This document shows, piece by piece, positions 1 to 11,912 of a DNA stretch of 64,000 nucleotides. The stretch is from NCBI RefSeq assembly GCF_964355755.1, contig NC_092677.1, forward strand, positions 10,066,101-10,130,100, written 5' to 3'. Each line of letters starts with the position of its first letter. Within the stretch, counting starts at the first letter, position 1. The translations under genes and the position numbers were made by a program. This stretch comes from Antedon mediterranea. Lineage: Eukaryota > Animalia > Echinodermata. The notes under the pieces were generated by a model. That model worked only from the letters and a program-made list of their open reading frames with translations, searched no databases and was not told the DNA's origin.

Positions 1-2467
1 TTCGTTTTCCTATCTTTATGTTTTTTCTTTTTCCTTTGAAGAACTTTAAATTGTTCAAAACTTTTATTGATATCCGTGCATGCTTGTGATTCACTTACAT
101 CTGTAATATTACTCGATTTCTTTTTATATTTTTCTATTTCTTGATTTATCTTCCCCAAGTCCATATTTAGAAAATTAAGAGACTGTTGCGAGTGAACCTG
201 AATCGGAGGCATGTCTTCAACAGCTGGTAGCTGATGGTAGTCAATGTCTTCAGAATCTGCTGGTCCCATGTCGGCTTTATCAAGCAGTCTTTCTACCTCT
301 GCTATATTGGCACTGGCCTTATCACGTGTAAATACCATAATTGGGGTTCTGTTTAATATTCTTAGCGTCGCCAGCATGTGTCTATGTAGAAAATAATGAA
401 TTTTAAACAATATATAAAGAAGTTTATTTTACAATATTTCATTTACCTGTTGATATCATACTTATCATATAATATAATAATATCCTATCTAATGTATTAT
501 ATTAAATAGGATATAATGCCATTTTTGACAGATACGGTTATTGGCAATAGCAACTGTGGATGTAATTTATCTTTCTGTAGACAAGGGGGACCATGCGTGT
601 GCCGATAAGTTAATAGTTAGTGTGGTGCTATCGGCACAGTCAATCATGCATCAAATTCACTATTTTCTATCAGTATGGCCAAATCGTGACAGTAAGCCGA
701 AAATAGATAGAAATAAGATAGAAAATAGTAAATGACATGCATGGTTGACTGTACAGTGCTGATAGCCACTTCTATTCTTGGCTAGTACAATATTTTTATC
801 TCTGGTAGAGTTCACTGTACAAACGTACCTAATGGTAAACGCATATTTATCCAGTACTTCTTGCACCTTATCATCACTTTCAACATTACCTGATGCTTGC
901 CAGTAAACATGACAAGTTCGCAAATCTCCAGCCAACCTAACCTGTTCACAAAAAAAAATTAAACATCGAAACAGAATGAACTACAGTTCTGTCTTATACA
1001 GTATTTTCTGATTTTTCTGGTGAGGTAATTGAAAATAGAAGGTGAAAATGAAAATTTGGCTATATTTTTAATATAATACATTTCGGTTGATATTTTTTCG
1101 CAAAAAACGGCATGTAGTTTTAGCTTGGTTGCCATGTACTTGCTTGGATGTAGTGTTAAGTTGATAAAACACTATTGCTATTAAAATCTGATGGGTGCTG
1201 CTGACAAGAAAACTAACCAATGGAATCCCCAGCCTTTAAGGTTGATGTCAGATTTAAATATGTATTAAAAAATACAAATTCAACAAATTCAGTAGTGTAT
1301 TAAAAAAATAATTAAAAAAATTCAGTAGGCCATTTTAATGTTACATCATTTTTACAAAAGTGAATAACGTTATTAAAACTACAAAATGGCCTATTCAAAG
1401 TTTGATTTTATTCATATTTTTGTTCAAGTTTTGGGAAACAATACAAGATTTTGTATTGCTAAAATAAAAATATTTACTCCAAGTATCTGGACATTTAACC
1501 TCCCTAATTCTTCACTGATCATATCAGAATTGATGAAATCACTGACGTGCTGAAACAAGTTGTCATTCAAGCACCGAAGTCTGATGTTATCTTCGGGTTG
1601 TATCTGGCCGGACTTCCTAGATGTTGTCTTGTTAGTCTAATGGGCGCCAAAAGCACAAATAATTATTAATTTTAAGTATAATTCCTTTTAAATATTTATT
1701 ATTGATTGAGGCCGGATATTTTTAAAATCAAAAATGGCAAAAGGTTTATCAGACATCGTTTCATACTATGCTATTTATATAATGGATAAAGGCATTGTAC
1801 AGTAGTAGGTATAGTAGTAAGTAGCATTTACATGACCATACTGTTCTGTACTTTCGGCCAGAAAAAAGTTAAATAATCCCATGTTTTTATAGAAATTAAC
1901 CTAAAATACAGATCAATAGACTTATAGTTAACAACAACAACACGTCAGACCGACATACCGATTTAGTAAACTGTGTAGGATTGTTCACATCAAAATAAAA
2001 TTGTTTCCTAAAAAGATAAGATCAACAATTATGCTACAATCATTTTTACTGTATATGTTTTTTTAATAATCAAAACATTGCACACACATCATGACCTGTA
2101 ATGTATGCAGCTAGACTCCTTTCTTATCGTCACCTCAAATGAATTAAGGATGTCCAGCAGACAAGAGGCAGATCCCGACACAGCAGGCGAAGAGAAACTG
2201 ACACTGGTCAGGACAGCCTACTAGTAGGCCTAGCTAGGGCCTAGCTAGTTAGGCCATTTTGGCCTGGCCTAACTAGCTAGAGAAATTAAGTTGCAATCCA
2301 TTATGATAGGCCTACCTTTTCTTTACAAGAAGCCTGGTCATTTTTTCGAATTGTGATCTCTTCATTAGCAATGGATAAATTGAAAAACATCTTGGTATTT
2401 GTTGGGTAAATAATAATGTATTCGATTGTAAAAGTCTCATTACATGATGAACCATGGGCGCAGCCAT
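1..2467 (-). CDS. RBFA: Mitochondrial ribosome-binding factor A, 5 exons, 3' end beyond window
   Basis: Exons 2316-2467 (MAAPMVHH..., transit-peptide-like), 1959-2007 (KQFYFDV), 1478-1636 (EDNIRLRCLNDNLFQHVSDFI), 829-941 (VRLAGDLRTCHVYW), <1-381 (RHMLATLRILNRTPIMVFTRDKASANIAEVERLLDKADMGP). All GT-AG, phases consistent; motifs match animal mtRbfA. Confidence 0.9.
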
Positions 2468-2910
2468 TTTGAAATATAATCGAGTTCAAAAGTTCAGGAA
2501 TCGTCTACTTATTTTATAACGAATATTACCTTTAAAAATGTCCTCAATTTAAGTATTATTATTGTCAAATAAATTCAAATAACAAAGTTGATAACGAAAT
2601 AATACACTATATATTATAAAAGAGAAATATTAAAATATCTTATATTCATTATCATAAATATTCTTTTTGTTATGATAGTTTTATCATTTATAAATGGTAT
2701 ATGCCGAAAATAAGAGCGAAGTCGATGTTTCAAAGAATCATAGTTGCCATTTCTGGCATTATTATGCTTTCTGGCATTTTTTGGAGGCTCACGGCATCTG
2801 GCATAATGCCGCGGCATTATTTAGCCGTTTTTAGCATAATCTGGCATAATTTCGTGTTTTTAAACAAACAAAAAATAATATATCACAGAACAATCTGGGA
2901 TTAGTCTTGG

Positions 2911-3018
2911 ATCTCGTACATATCATCTCGTACATTATCATCTCGTACATATCATCTCGTACATATCATCTCGTACATATCATCTCGTACATATCATCTC
3001 GTACATATCATCTCGTAC
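2911..3018. repeat. 14-bp tandem repeat (ATCATCTCGTACAT)n, about 7 copies, in the left subterminal region of the hAT
   Basis: Directly visible tandem copies. Confidence 0.9.
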
Positions 3019-4866
3019 AATATACAACAGTGCACTGTCACTACTACTACCGAGTGTGCGATAAGCAGCTCAAGAAACCAAGGTCTAGGATTGACCAATT
3101 AGGTTGCTCCATTTGAGAGATCATGCTGCTTATTGGATCCCCAGATGATGTAATCAATTGGACGAAAACATTGTGAACAAAGGTTTTTTTTTTCAATTAC
3201 ACAATTGCAGTAAGTATCCATCATTATCACTTGGAACCATTTAATGAACTGAATTTGGGTTGGGTCAATCGGCTCAATTACAGTGATTTAGTTTACTTGT
3301 TTATGTTATGTAAATATTTAAAAGGAACGAATAAAAAATAAAATCGAATAGTCCACTACAAAGTAAAACTGTTTCGTTCGCTCTTTTCAGCCGAAAATAA
3401 GTAGTTAACAGTAGAAATTTAATTTTTTTTTTTTACATGGATATACCCAGTGGATCGTACACTACATGATTCAATCACTTTTATGTTGGTTCGGTGGGGT
3501 TTGCTATGTTTTTTTTTAGGTTTGCAAGGGTTTGCTGGGGTTTAGCAATAACCTGTTTTTTCCGCCAAATTGGACGCCATATTGGATTCTGGCATGATGA
3601 TGTCATTGTTATCGACTCGATTTATCAACTACTATGAGAAGTAGTTATTAAAGTAAGCCTCAGCAAATTTTAATCATCATAACACAACTCCAAGTAAAAA
3701 AAACGTGAATTTGTTTTCCCTATCCCCTGGTTGGAGAGACACACCTTACCGGTGACAGCGTTTTGTTTAATGCTTTTGTCTTTCCTCGGCCTCGTGTCTT
3801 GTTTTTCATATATATATATATATATATATATGTCTACGAAACAAATTTGTAGTGATTAAAACAATGAAGTAACCAAGTTTTCTGCTGTTATTTTATTTAT
3901 TTATGCTCTACCTTGGTATTGAGCACTCTATCCAAACGGTCTGAAAATTTCAACCTGAGTATATATATTTCTATGTTTTTTTTTGTATTGCCGAAATGAA
4001 TAAAATAAAATAAAAAAATATATATAGGTATTTGTGTGTGTTAATAGGCATATTGTGTGTGTTATATAGGCCAAAATTTGAAAGTGCCGTAAAAATTTTT
4101 CCCCAAGACCCTGGGATGGGGATTTTTTTCTGACATTCTATATGGTATACTCTATCAGAAAAAAAAGAAAACAATTTTCCTATACTTTTTCCCCGCAAAA
4201 TTTGTACTGCACCAAGGCTAGAGAACTGTCAAAACACTACTTTCTAGGTGTTTTATGTGGTTTTCTTTTCAGCTGGAAATTCTTTAAAGTCATTGATTGA
4301 TAACATTTATTTTTAAATATGCAATAGGACTGTAAAGTGTGTCAGGTACTATGAATACTAACACTTTAGTGGTCCCAATGCACCATATGTACCAACTCCC
4401 AACATCCCTCCCTCTATGGCTTAATTTTTAACATTTTGTGCTGAAGTAGGCTTTTTTTGTATAACTGTATACACGTGCTTGTGATGAAACAAGATGTCTC
4501 AGTCCAATCTTTTTACGTTTGGCTTTAAAACCAGTGACGGTAACGTTGACTGCCTATTAATTAGGTTATGTCTTCTAATTGGCATTATGTCTAGATAGAG
4601 CCATAAAAATGTGTAGGCATATATTTCACAATGAAGTAGTCACAGGATAGGGACGGCTAGGTTATATTAGGTAGACACGGTAACAAGGCCTCGTCATTAG
4701 GACAGGGTGGGCTCATGGACACAAAATAATCAACAGAAATTTACAACAGTAGGCCTATCTAAAGCAAAACTAATTTACTATGTGCTGTCCCACATTCCAA
4801 CTTAATTTGGTTATCACACCATTTATTAAGGATTAACAAAACTGTGAAGTAAATTCTAAATTTTAG

Positions 4867-7800
4867 AAAATGTGCGAGCAGATCATACGACTAAGGCTGA
4901 AAGTTCTAAAAAAAAGAAAACCAAAAAAACATCTGTGGCATCAGGAGTACGAAGCCCAGGACCCAGTGAGTTTTGTTTTAATATTTACCCTTGTATAAGT
5001 ATATATAAATATATATTGAACATTAAGCTAATATATAGTCCTGATCACGCAATTCGGTGTCGCTTCGACTATAACAGAGTTCTCAATACAGTATTTGTTT
5101 ATTACATAAGAGTGTTTTGTCTGTCTGTCTTACTCTTATATGCCTAACAAGATTCACATTTGTTAAACAGGTCGGACAATTGGATCTACAAAAAAACAGA
5201 AGTGGTGGCGGAAATATGGAAGAAAAACGAGTACGTATGGTCTTGTATGGTTTTCAAATACTGTTTTTAAAAATTACGTCATTTTCATTGGTTTGTTAAA
5301 ATTTGTTTGCCAGTTGTAGCAAAAACAATACATGAATGTTTGGACTTGGTTACATGCAGAATATCTCACAATCCACCCGGAGATGGAAGTTGTCAGTTTC
5401 ATGCGATTATATCACAATTAGATCAGGAGTGGCCAGGAACACATTTACAGTTGAGAAGATCTGCTGTGCAGTACATAAAAAAACAGGTTAGTAATATAGA
5501 ACATCACTTTCTTTATTATTGGTTTTGTTAAATAAATTAAACTTATTTTCTGTAACTAGACATTGCTAACATGATTGGTTACTTTATTTGGTTAGTGCTT
5601 TAAAGATAGTGCCTACAAGACAAAATTACTAATGGTCCATAATTCGAAGTCTATACCTGATTTCGCAAGAAAGATGTCCAAAGTAGGGACATATGGTGAC
5701 GAGTTTACCCTGTCTGCTTGTGCAAAAGTGTTGAATACAGATATAATCTGTTTAAAATATGACGATGTTAATCGAAAAGGATTTTCTGTGAGATATTATC
5801 AGGAAGGACATAAGACACACGAAGACCCAATCATGCTTGCTTTACATAGAAAGCATTACTATGTCATAGGTACGTTTTAAACAATTAGTCAAAATAGTTT
5901 TCTATAGCTAAGTTTGAACGTAATGAACGAAATTAATATAACAGGTGAGTGCATTGCCCATGAACACAATTCTCATTTTCTGTTTGAATTTTAGAATAAT
6001 TGGACCTTGCTTCCAATCCCTACTGTGCTTTCTCAAAAAAAAAAGAGAAACTATTTGCGTTCTTAGAAGTATCATTATAAAATAATCTTCTAACTGCTGC
6101 ACATTTTTCCCTCTTTTTAGAACCAACAGATGATACAACTTCAAGTACTATCCTAATTGACGAGCCAGGTAGGCCATACTTGTGTAATATGGAAATACTG
6201 TAGTATGTGTTGGTAAACACATTATATTATTATATTAAACAATTTATCTAGCCACGTTGTATATATTATATTTATTTTCCAGAGCCAGATAATGATCATG
6301 GGAGTGATGAAGACAACATCCTTATTGATGATCAAGGTAGGCATAATTCGTTTTAATAAAAGTATGTGATGTATAAAATCATATTTCATAGTTAATGTAA
6401 CAAACCATTTGCACTAGCCATGTTGTCTACATTGAATTTTATTTTCCAGAGCCAGATAATGATCATGAAAGTGATGAAGAAAACATCCTTATTGATGATC
6501 AAGGTAAACATAATTCATTGTAATTAAAGTAGGCCTATGTGTTGTATAAAATCATATTTCGTAGTATGTAACAAACCATTTTAATAGCCATGTTGTATGC
6601 ATTGAATTTTATTTTCCAGGGCCAGATTATGATCATGAAGGGGATGAAGACAACATCCTTATTGATGATCAAGGTAGGCATAATTCGTTTTAATAAAAGT
6701 ATGTGATGTATAAAATCATATTTCATAGTTAATGTAACAAACCATTTGCACTAGCCATGTTGTCTACATTGAATTTTATTTTCCAGAGCCAGATAATGAT
6801 CATGAAAGTGATGAAGAAAACATCCTTATTGATGATCAAGGTAAACATAATTCATTGTAATTAAAGTAGGCCTATGTGTTGTATAAAATCATATTTCGTA
6901 GTATGTAACAAACCATTTTAATAGCCATGTTGTATGCATTGGATTTTATTTTCCAGGGCCAGATTATGATCATGAAGGGGATGAAGACAACATCCTTATT
7001 GATGATCAAGGTAGGCATAATTCGTTTTAATAAAAGTATGTGATGTATAAAATCACATTTCATAGTTAATGTAACCAACCATTTGAATATAGCCATGTTG
7101 TATGCATTGAAGTTTATTTTCCAGAGCCAGATTATGATCATGAAGGGGATGAAGAAAATATAATTATTGGAGATCAAGGTAAGCATAATTTGTTTTAATT
7201 AAAGTATCCAATGTATAAAATCATATTTCATAGTTAATGTAACCAACCATTTGAATAGCCATGTTGTCTACATTGAATTTTATTTTCCAGAGCCAGATTA
7301 TGATCATGAAAGTGATGAAGACAAAATCCTTACTGATGATCAAGGTAAACATAATTCGTTTTAATTAAAGTATGCAATGTAAAAATCATATTTCATAGTT
7401 AATGTAACCAACCATTTGAATAGCCATGTTGTCTACATTGAATTTTATTTTCCAGAGCCAGATTATGATCATGAAAGTGATGAAGACAACATTCTTATTG
7501 ATGATCAAGGTAAACATAATTCGTTTTAATTAACGTATGTGTTGTATAAAATCATAGTATATAACAAACCATTTGCACTAGCCATGTTGTATACATTATA
7601 TTTTGTTTTCCAGAGCCAGATATTGATCATGAAAATGATGAAGAAAACATCCTTATTGATGATCAAGGTAAACATTATTTACTTGATGTTTGATTAAAAA
7701 CATAATTTTTGTTTGTAAACAAATTATATGCTTGTATTAAACAATTTAAACAACCATGTTGTATATATTATGCTTTATTCCAGAGCCAGACAATAATCAT

Positions 7801-10800
7801 GAAAGTGATGAAGACAACATCCTAATTGATGGTAGGCATACATTTTTTAAAATTAATTAATTTTAGCAACTTTTATTTTAACTACAACAAGCATTTCCTT
7901 TCTTGGTGACGCCACTATTTTTTGGGAAATAAATGTTATTTTGATTGATTGATTGAACAATAATAATAATTTCAATGTTATATAGAGCTAAGGTGTTTAT
8001 TAAAATATAAAATGTGTATAATAGTTTTTCCATAATTGGCAAACGCCTATTTTTAATCAACAGATCATAGAGAAACAGATAATGAAGATGAAGAAACCAT
8101 TCAACAATCTAGTAAGCATATCCAGCCAGTTGTTTTGATTTATTCATTATCATCATGTATTTTCCGAATTTATGGTTGTAGGCCCCATTTTTTTAGATTT
8201 TTTTAAAAAACATTATTAGCTATGTGCTATTGCTTTTGTGCATTTTATATACCGTAATAAATATCATTTTATTGTGAAGACGTTCACTATCATGTCTTAT
8301 TTTATAATTCAGTCTTACATTTTAAACAATCTAAATTTTCCGTATCTTGCTTGATCACGCTGTGATGTTTAGACGCATAATGATTAAACATTGCAATAGT
8401 CTGGCAACTTAATGGCCGTTTTAGTTTTAACAATATCACAACAATCTATCTATATTAGCATCAATATTTTACAGTGACCTCTTAAGCCTAAACAAATGAA
8501 CGAAGACAACATTTGTAAGAAAAACTTTTTCTTTCATTAGGAAAAGAGTATAACCAAAGCTATCGACTTGATTGGGAACGTAAGAGGTGGGCCATAGGAT
8601 GGTTGACGAAAGGTTCAGAAAATAACACTGCCTTCTGCAAATGGTGTAGAAAAACGTTTCGGTCAAAGCTCTCGATTATAAGGCAGCATTCAAAATCCAG
8701 AGTGCATTCTACTGCAGCAAAGGCAACAAGAAGTATTCCGAAGCAAGGCATCGCACACTTTTACGGCAAAGCTGTTGTTGTTGAAGCGGAACTTAACTTA
8801 GTTGCTTTAATAGCAAGGAGGAATATTCCTTTTTTATTTTTAGACCATTTAATTCCAACACTACAAGAAATTATCAAGGACTCAAAAGTAATTACGAATA
8901 TTAAATGTGGCCGTACAAAAGGAACATATCTTTTAACCGAATGTCTAGCGCCATATGCACATAAACAGCTTGTTGGAAAGTTGAAAAAATCAAAAGGTAA
9001 TGTACCGCAACATTTAATCATCTCAACATTGTATTGTAAACTATTATTGAACTATTATTATTTGGGGTATGATCCTCACTATTTAATATGCTCTATTATG
9101 TTTAAGGTTTCTCTATCCTGTGCGACAAAGCCACCGATATGACAACAGAACAGACGTTTTGCGTCAGTGTTAGATTCTTTGACGAGGAAGACAAAAGAGT
9201 GGTAACTGCATTCTATCGTCTCCTAAAGGTTGGGGTAAGTGATGGAAATGCTGCTGGGTTGTTTGCTCTACTTCAAAAGACGTTGGAAGAAGATGGCTTA
9301 ACATGGAAGTCGGTGATTGGGTATGCCTCAGATGGAGAAAATCTAATGCAAGGCGACCTCAACTCTGTACTAACCAGAGTCAAAGAGGCATCACCCACAA
9401 TATTTGTCCTTAAATGTTTCTGCCATTCCTTTCATTTGGTGACAAGTCACGCATGTGAACATCTTTCAAAAAGTGCGGAGCAACTTGTGCACGATGTCTA
9501 CAATTATTTCAAAAACTCTTCAAAGAGGTACGTCTACTAACACAATGTAGTTTATGTGTAGTTTATGTGTAGTCCTTGATTTATCTTGAGTGAAAGTGTA
9601 TACTAATGTGAATTTGAAGATACATTGCACCTTCTAAATATTACAATTTGCTTCAAACCAGTAATATGAATTCTATTTATATGTTTTTAAGGAAACTGAG
9701 ATTTGAAGAGTTGCAGCGAGAGTTTAGTGTTCAACCTCATAAACTTCTAAAGCCTTGTCAAACGAGATGGCTTTCACTTGCAACTTGTGTACAAAGAGTC
9801 CTTGAGCAGTGGAAAGTTTTGTATGAATTTTTTGATGCAGAAGCCCATCAACCAATATCGAAGCGCAACCCAAGTGCAGTGAAAATCTACCAAGTGATGA
9901 AAGAAAAACATGTGAAAGCTACCTTAGAGTTTCTACACTATGTTCTTCCTGACTTCACCATATTAAATAAAATGTTACAATCGGATGAATTTAAACTGCA
10001 CAAGTAAGTCTTGGTAATTTGCCGATTAACCCTTTTTTATTTGCTTAATTGTTTGTTTACAGTATAAACTATATATTATGGAGGCTGAACTTATGCATAT
10101 AAAATGTCACGCCTGTTTTTCTAATAATGTCCAAGATATATTTAAGCGACGTATGTTCGTAAAACAGTTGTGAAATCAGTTCATTTTTCATTTTACAGAC
10201 TACTTCCTGAAGCAAGGAGAATTGTACAGTCTCTATGTGCAAATTTTATGCAAGAAGAATATATTGACGACACAATTAACAAACTTCCCGATATCACCAA
10301 TGAAGCCAAGTGGAAGATTGTAAGTGAAGTATATGCTGGGGAGGAAGCTGCCGTCATCTCCAGGTCTATGGTACCGCATGAAAGGGAGTCTTTCCTCAAA
10401 CGATGTCGGCAGTGGTACATAGAAGCTGTAAATCAGATAGGGAAAAGAATAAATTTCGATGACCAGATTCTACGTAACCTGGTTTCCCTTGACCCTCGGA
10501 AGTTAAAGAACAACCAGTCTACTATTTCTGCTGGCAATGCACTGGCCCACAGATTCAGCCACATGGTAACCAGCAAAAGCATGATAGATAGGCAGTGGCG
10601 TTCTTTGTACTTTAACAGAGAATTCCTGAAAAAGGCTCCACAGGGAATTACAGCCTTTTGGTTACATGTTTCTGAGGAAGACAGTTACAAGAGCTTGGGG
10701 GAATTTGCATGTCAGTTACTAGCACTACCCCATAGTACAGCAACTGTAGAACGAGTTTTTTCAAAGGTTAGCCTTAACAAGACAAAATGTCGGAACCGAC

Positions 10801-10985
10801 TTGGTCTTGTAACCCTTGAAGCAGTCCTGACAACATCCCAATGTTTCAAAGGCAATTTCGTATCTGACCCTACACTATTTGAATTGTACAGCAAAGCATT
10901 TTATTCGTACAAGGCAAGGTTTTCTGATTGTGACCGGGAACGATATGAAAACGAAGACCAAGAACAACCACTTTTAGATGTGTAG
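4867..10985 (+). CDS. Spliced OTU-domain / acidic-repeat / zinc-finger / hAT transposase fusion (~1,070 codons, 5' start not located)
   Basis: Exons 4867-4965, 5171-5230, 5314-5486, 5596-5869, 6121-6168, nine 54-nt exons from 6283 to 7667, 7784-7831, 8064-8111, 8541-8996, 9107-9527, 9692-10003, 10199-10985 join in frame with GT-AG sites. Motifs: PGDGSCQFHAI, YGDEFTL, KHY (OTU); FCKWC..HSKSRVH (zinc finger); FSILCDKATD, YASDGENLM, CFCHSFHL, CQTRWLS, PHSTATVERVFS (hAT). First two exons are less certain. Confidence 0.8.
5314..5869 (+). CDS. OTU-like cysteine protease domain (two exons) within the hAT element
   Basis: HNPPGDGSCQFHAIISQL...HLQLRRSAVQYI and KMSKVGTYGDEFTLSACAKVLNTDIIC...IMLALHRKHY match the OTU cys-loop, WG/E-like and his-loop motifs. 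Confidence 0.85.
6121..7831 (+). repeat. Tandem array of ~158-170-bp exon+intron units encoding EPDxDHExDEDNILIDDQ
   Basis: 54-nt exons at 6283, 6450, 6620, 6787, 6957, 7125, 7291, 7456, 7614 flanked by ttccag / gta(g/a); related 48-nt exons at 6121 and 7784; 337-bp two-unit duplication (6450->6787, 6620->6957). Confidence 0.92.
8541..10985 (+). CDS. hAT transposase core (zinc finger, DDE, CxxH, C-terminal dimerisation domain), 4 exons
   Basis: ORF-track pieces 8603, 9139, 9648, 10170 join via introns 8997-9106, 9528-9691, 10004-10198 without stops. Confidence 0.92.
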
Positions 10986-11912
10986 GCTAAAGTAATATGT
11001 AAATGTTGGTACAGTATATTGCTCTGTACCATTAACCGACTGCGACATTAATAATCACTTGGAAACAGAAAGGTAGAAAATTGGAATAAAAACAATACTA
11101 GGTCCTATCCTTAATAGGTAACGCTTTTTTGTAAATAAAAGCTTTGGAGAGGTTTTGATGGGGCGGCATTGAATTTATTATGTATTATAAGTGTGTTATT
11201 GTTTTATAGGATATAAATCCAGAATAAATACGAATGCGTTTCCATCGTCCAACTCCCTTTCTACACACGCGTATAAGCTGACGCTACCCTTTCCACCACA
11301 AGAGTACTGCGATTTTTATGTTCATCGCCTACTGTCTGCTGCTGAGCATGAGTGCTCATTTACTGAGCTCTGATTGGTTGTGAAGTTTTTGCTTTGAAAA
11401 AAAGTAGAAAAAATTCAATTCGCCATTGATCACTATGATTGAATGATTTTGCATCCATTTTTTTTGTATATGGACACTTATTTAAAGAAAAAAAATAAAC
11501 GCACATTTAATAACAAAAATATAAATGTAAATTTTTAACATTGCGAATCTAATTTTAGGCCTTTTTTGTGTCAATTGGCGTTTTACAGACTTTTTAGGCA
11601 TGTAGCCGTTGGTGGCGCTATTTAGTTCTACATTTTTTGGAATCTGGCATTATTTTTCCCAATCTGGCATTATTTGAGACAGGCTACGGCATAATTTAAA
11701 TTTTATCGCTGGCAACGCTGCAAAGAATGACAAAGGATTCGTAAATCAAGCGAGAGGTCGTTGTTGACTGTTTATTGTGTGAAAAAAAGAAGGAAAACCA
11801 TTTAGATTCTCAGTATTAACTGGTACACGTGGTTAAGTGTTATTTTAGGCACAAGTTCTGTTTAGATTGAGACTAGAATACGGTATATTTTAGCCTGTAT
11901 AACTCTGCGAAA

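Larger units (their letters stand above)
2739..11720 (+). mobile_element. Full-length hAT-superfamily DNA transposon, 8,982 bp
   Basis: Imperfect 11-bp TIRs CATAGTTGCCA (2739) and TGGCAACGCTG (ends 11720); identical 8-bp TSD CAAAGAAT at 2731-2738 and 11721-11728; clustered subterminal (CT)GGCAT(T/A)A motifs at both ends; internal hAT transposase. Confidence 0.95.

Noticed and set aside
4870-5230. ATG at 4870 (MCEQIIRLRLK...) as the transposase start
   Set aside because: That frame reaches the OTU exon in phase 0 and stops immediately (TTG TAG); only the phase-1 reading continues, so the true start remains unlocated.
6535-7186. Hydrophobic minus-strand ORFs
   Set aside because: Antisense shadows of the micro-exon array.
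6283-7831. CRISPR-like regularly spaced repeats
   Set aside because: Intervening sequences are homologous to each other and carry GT-AG splice signals; eukaryotic context with no cas genes.
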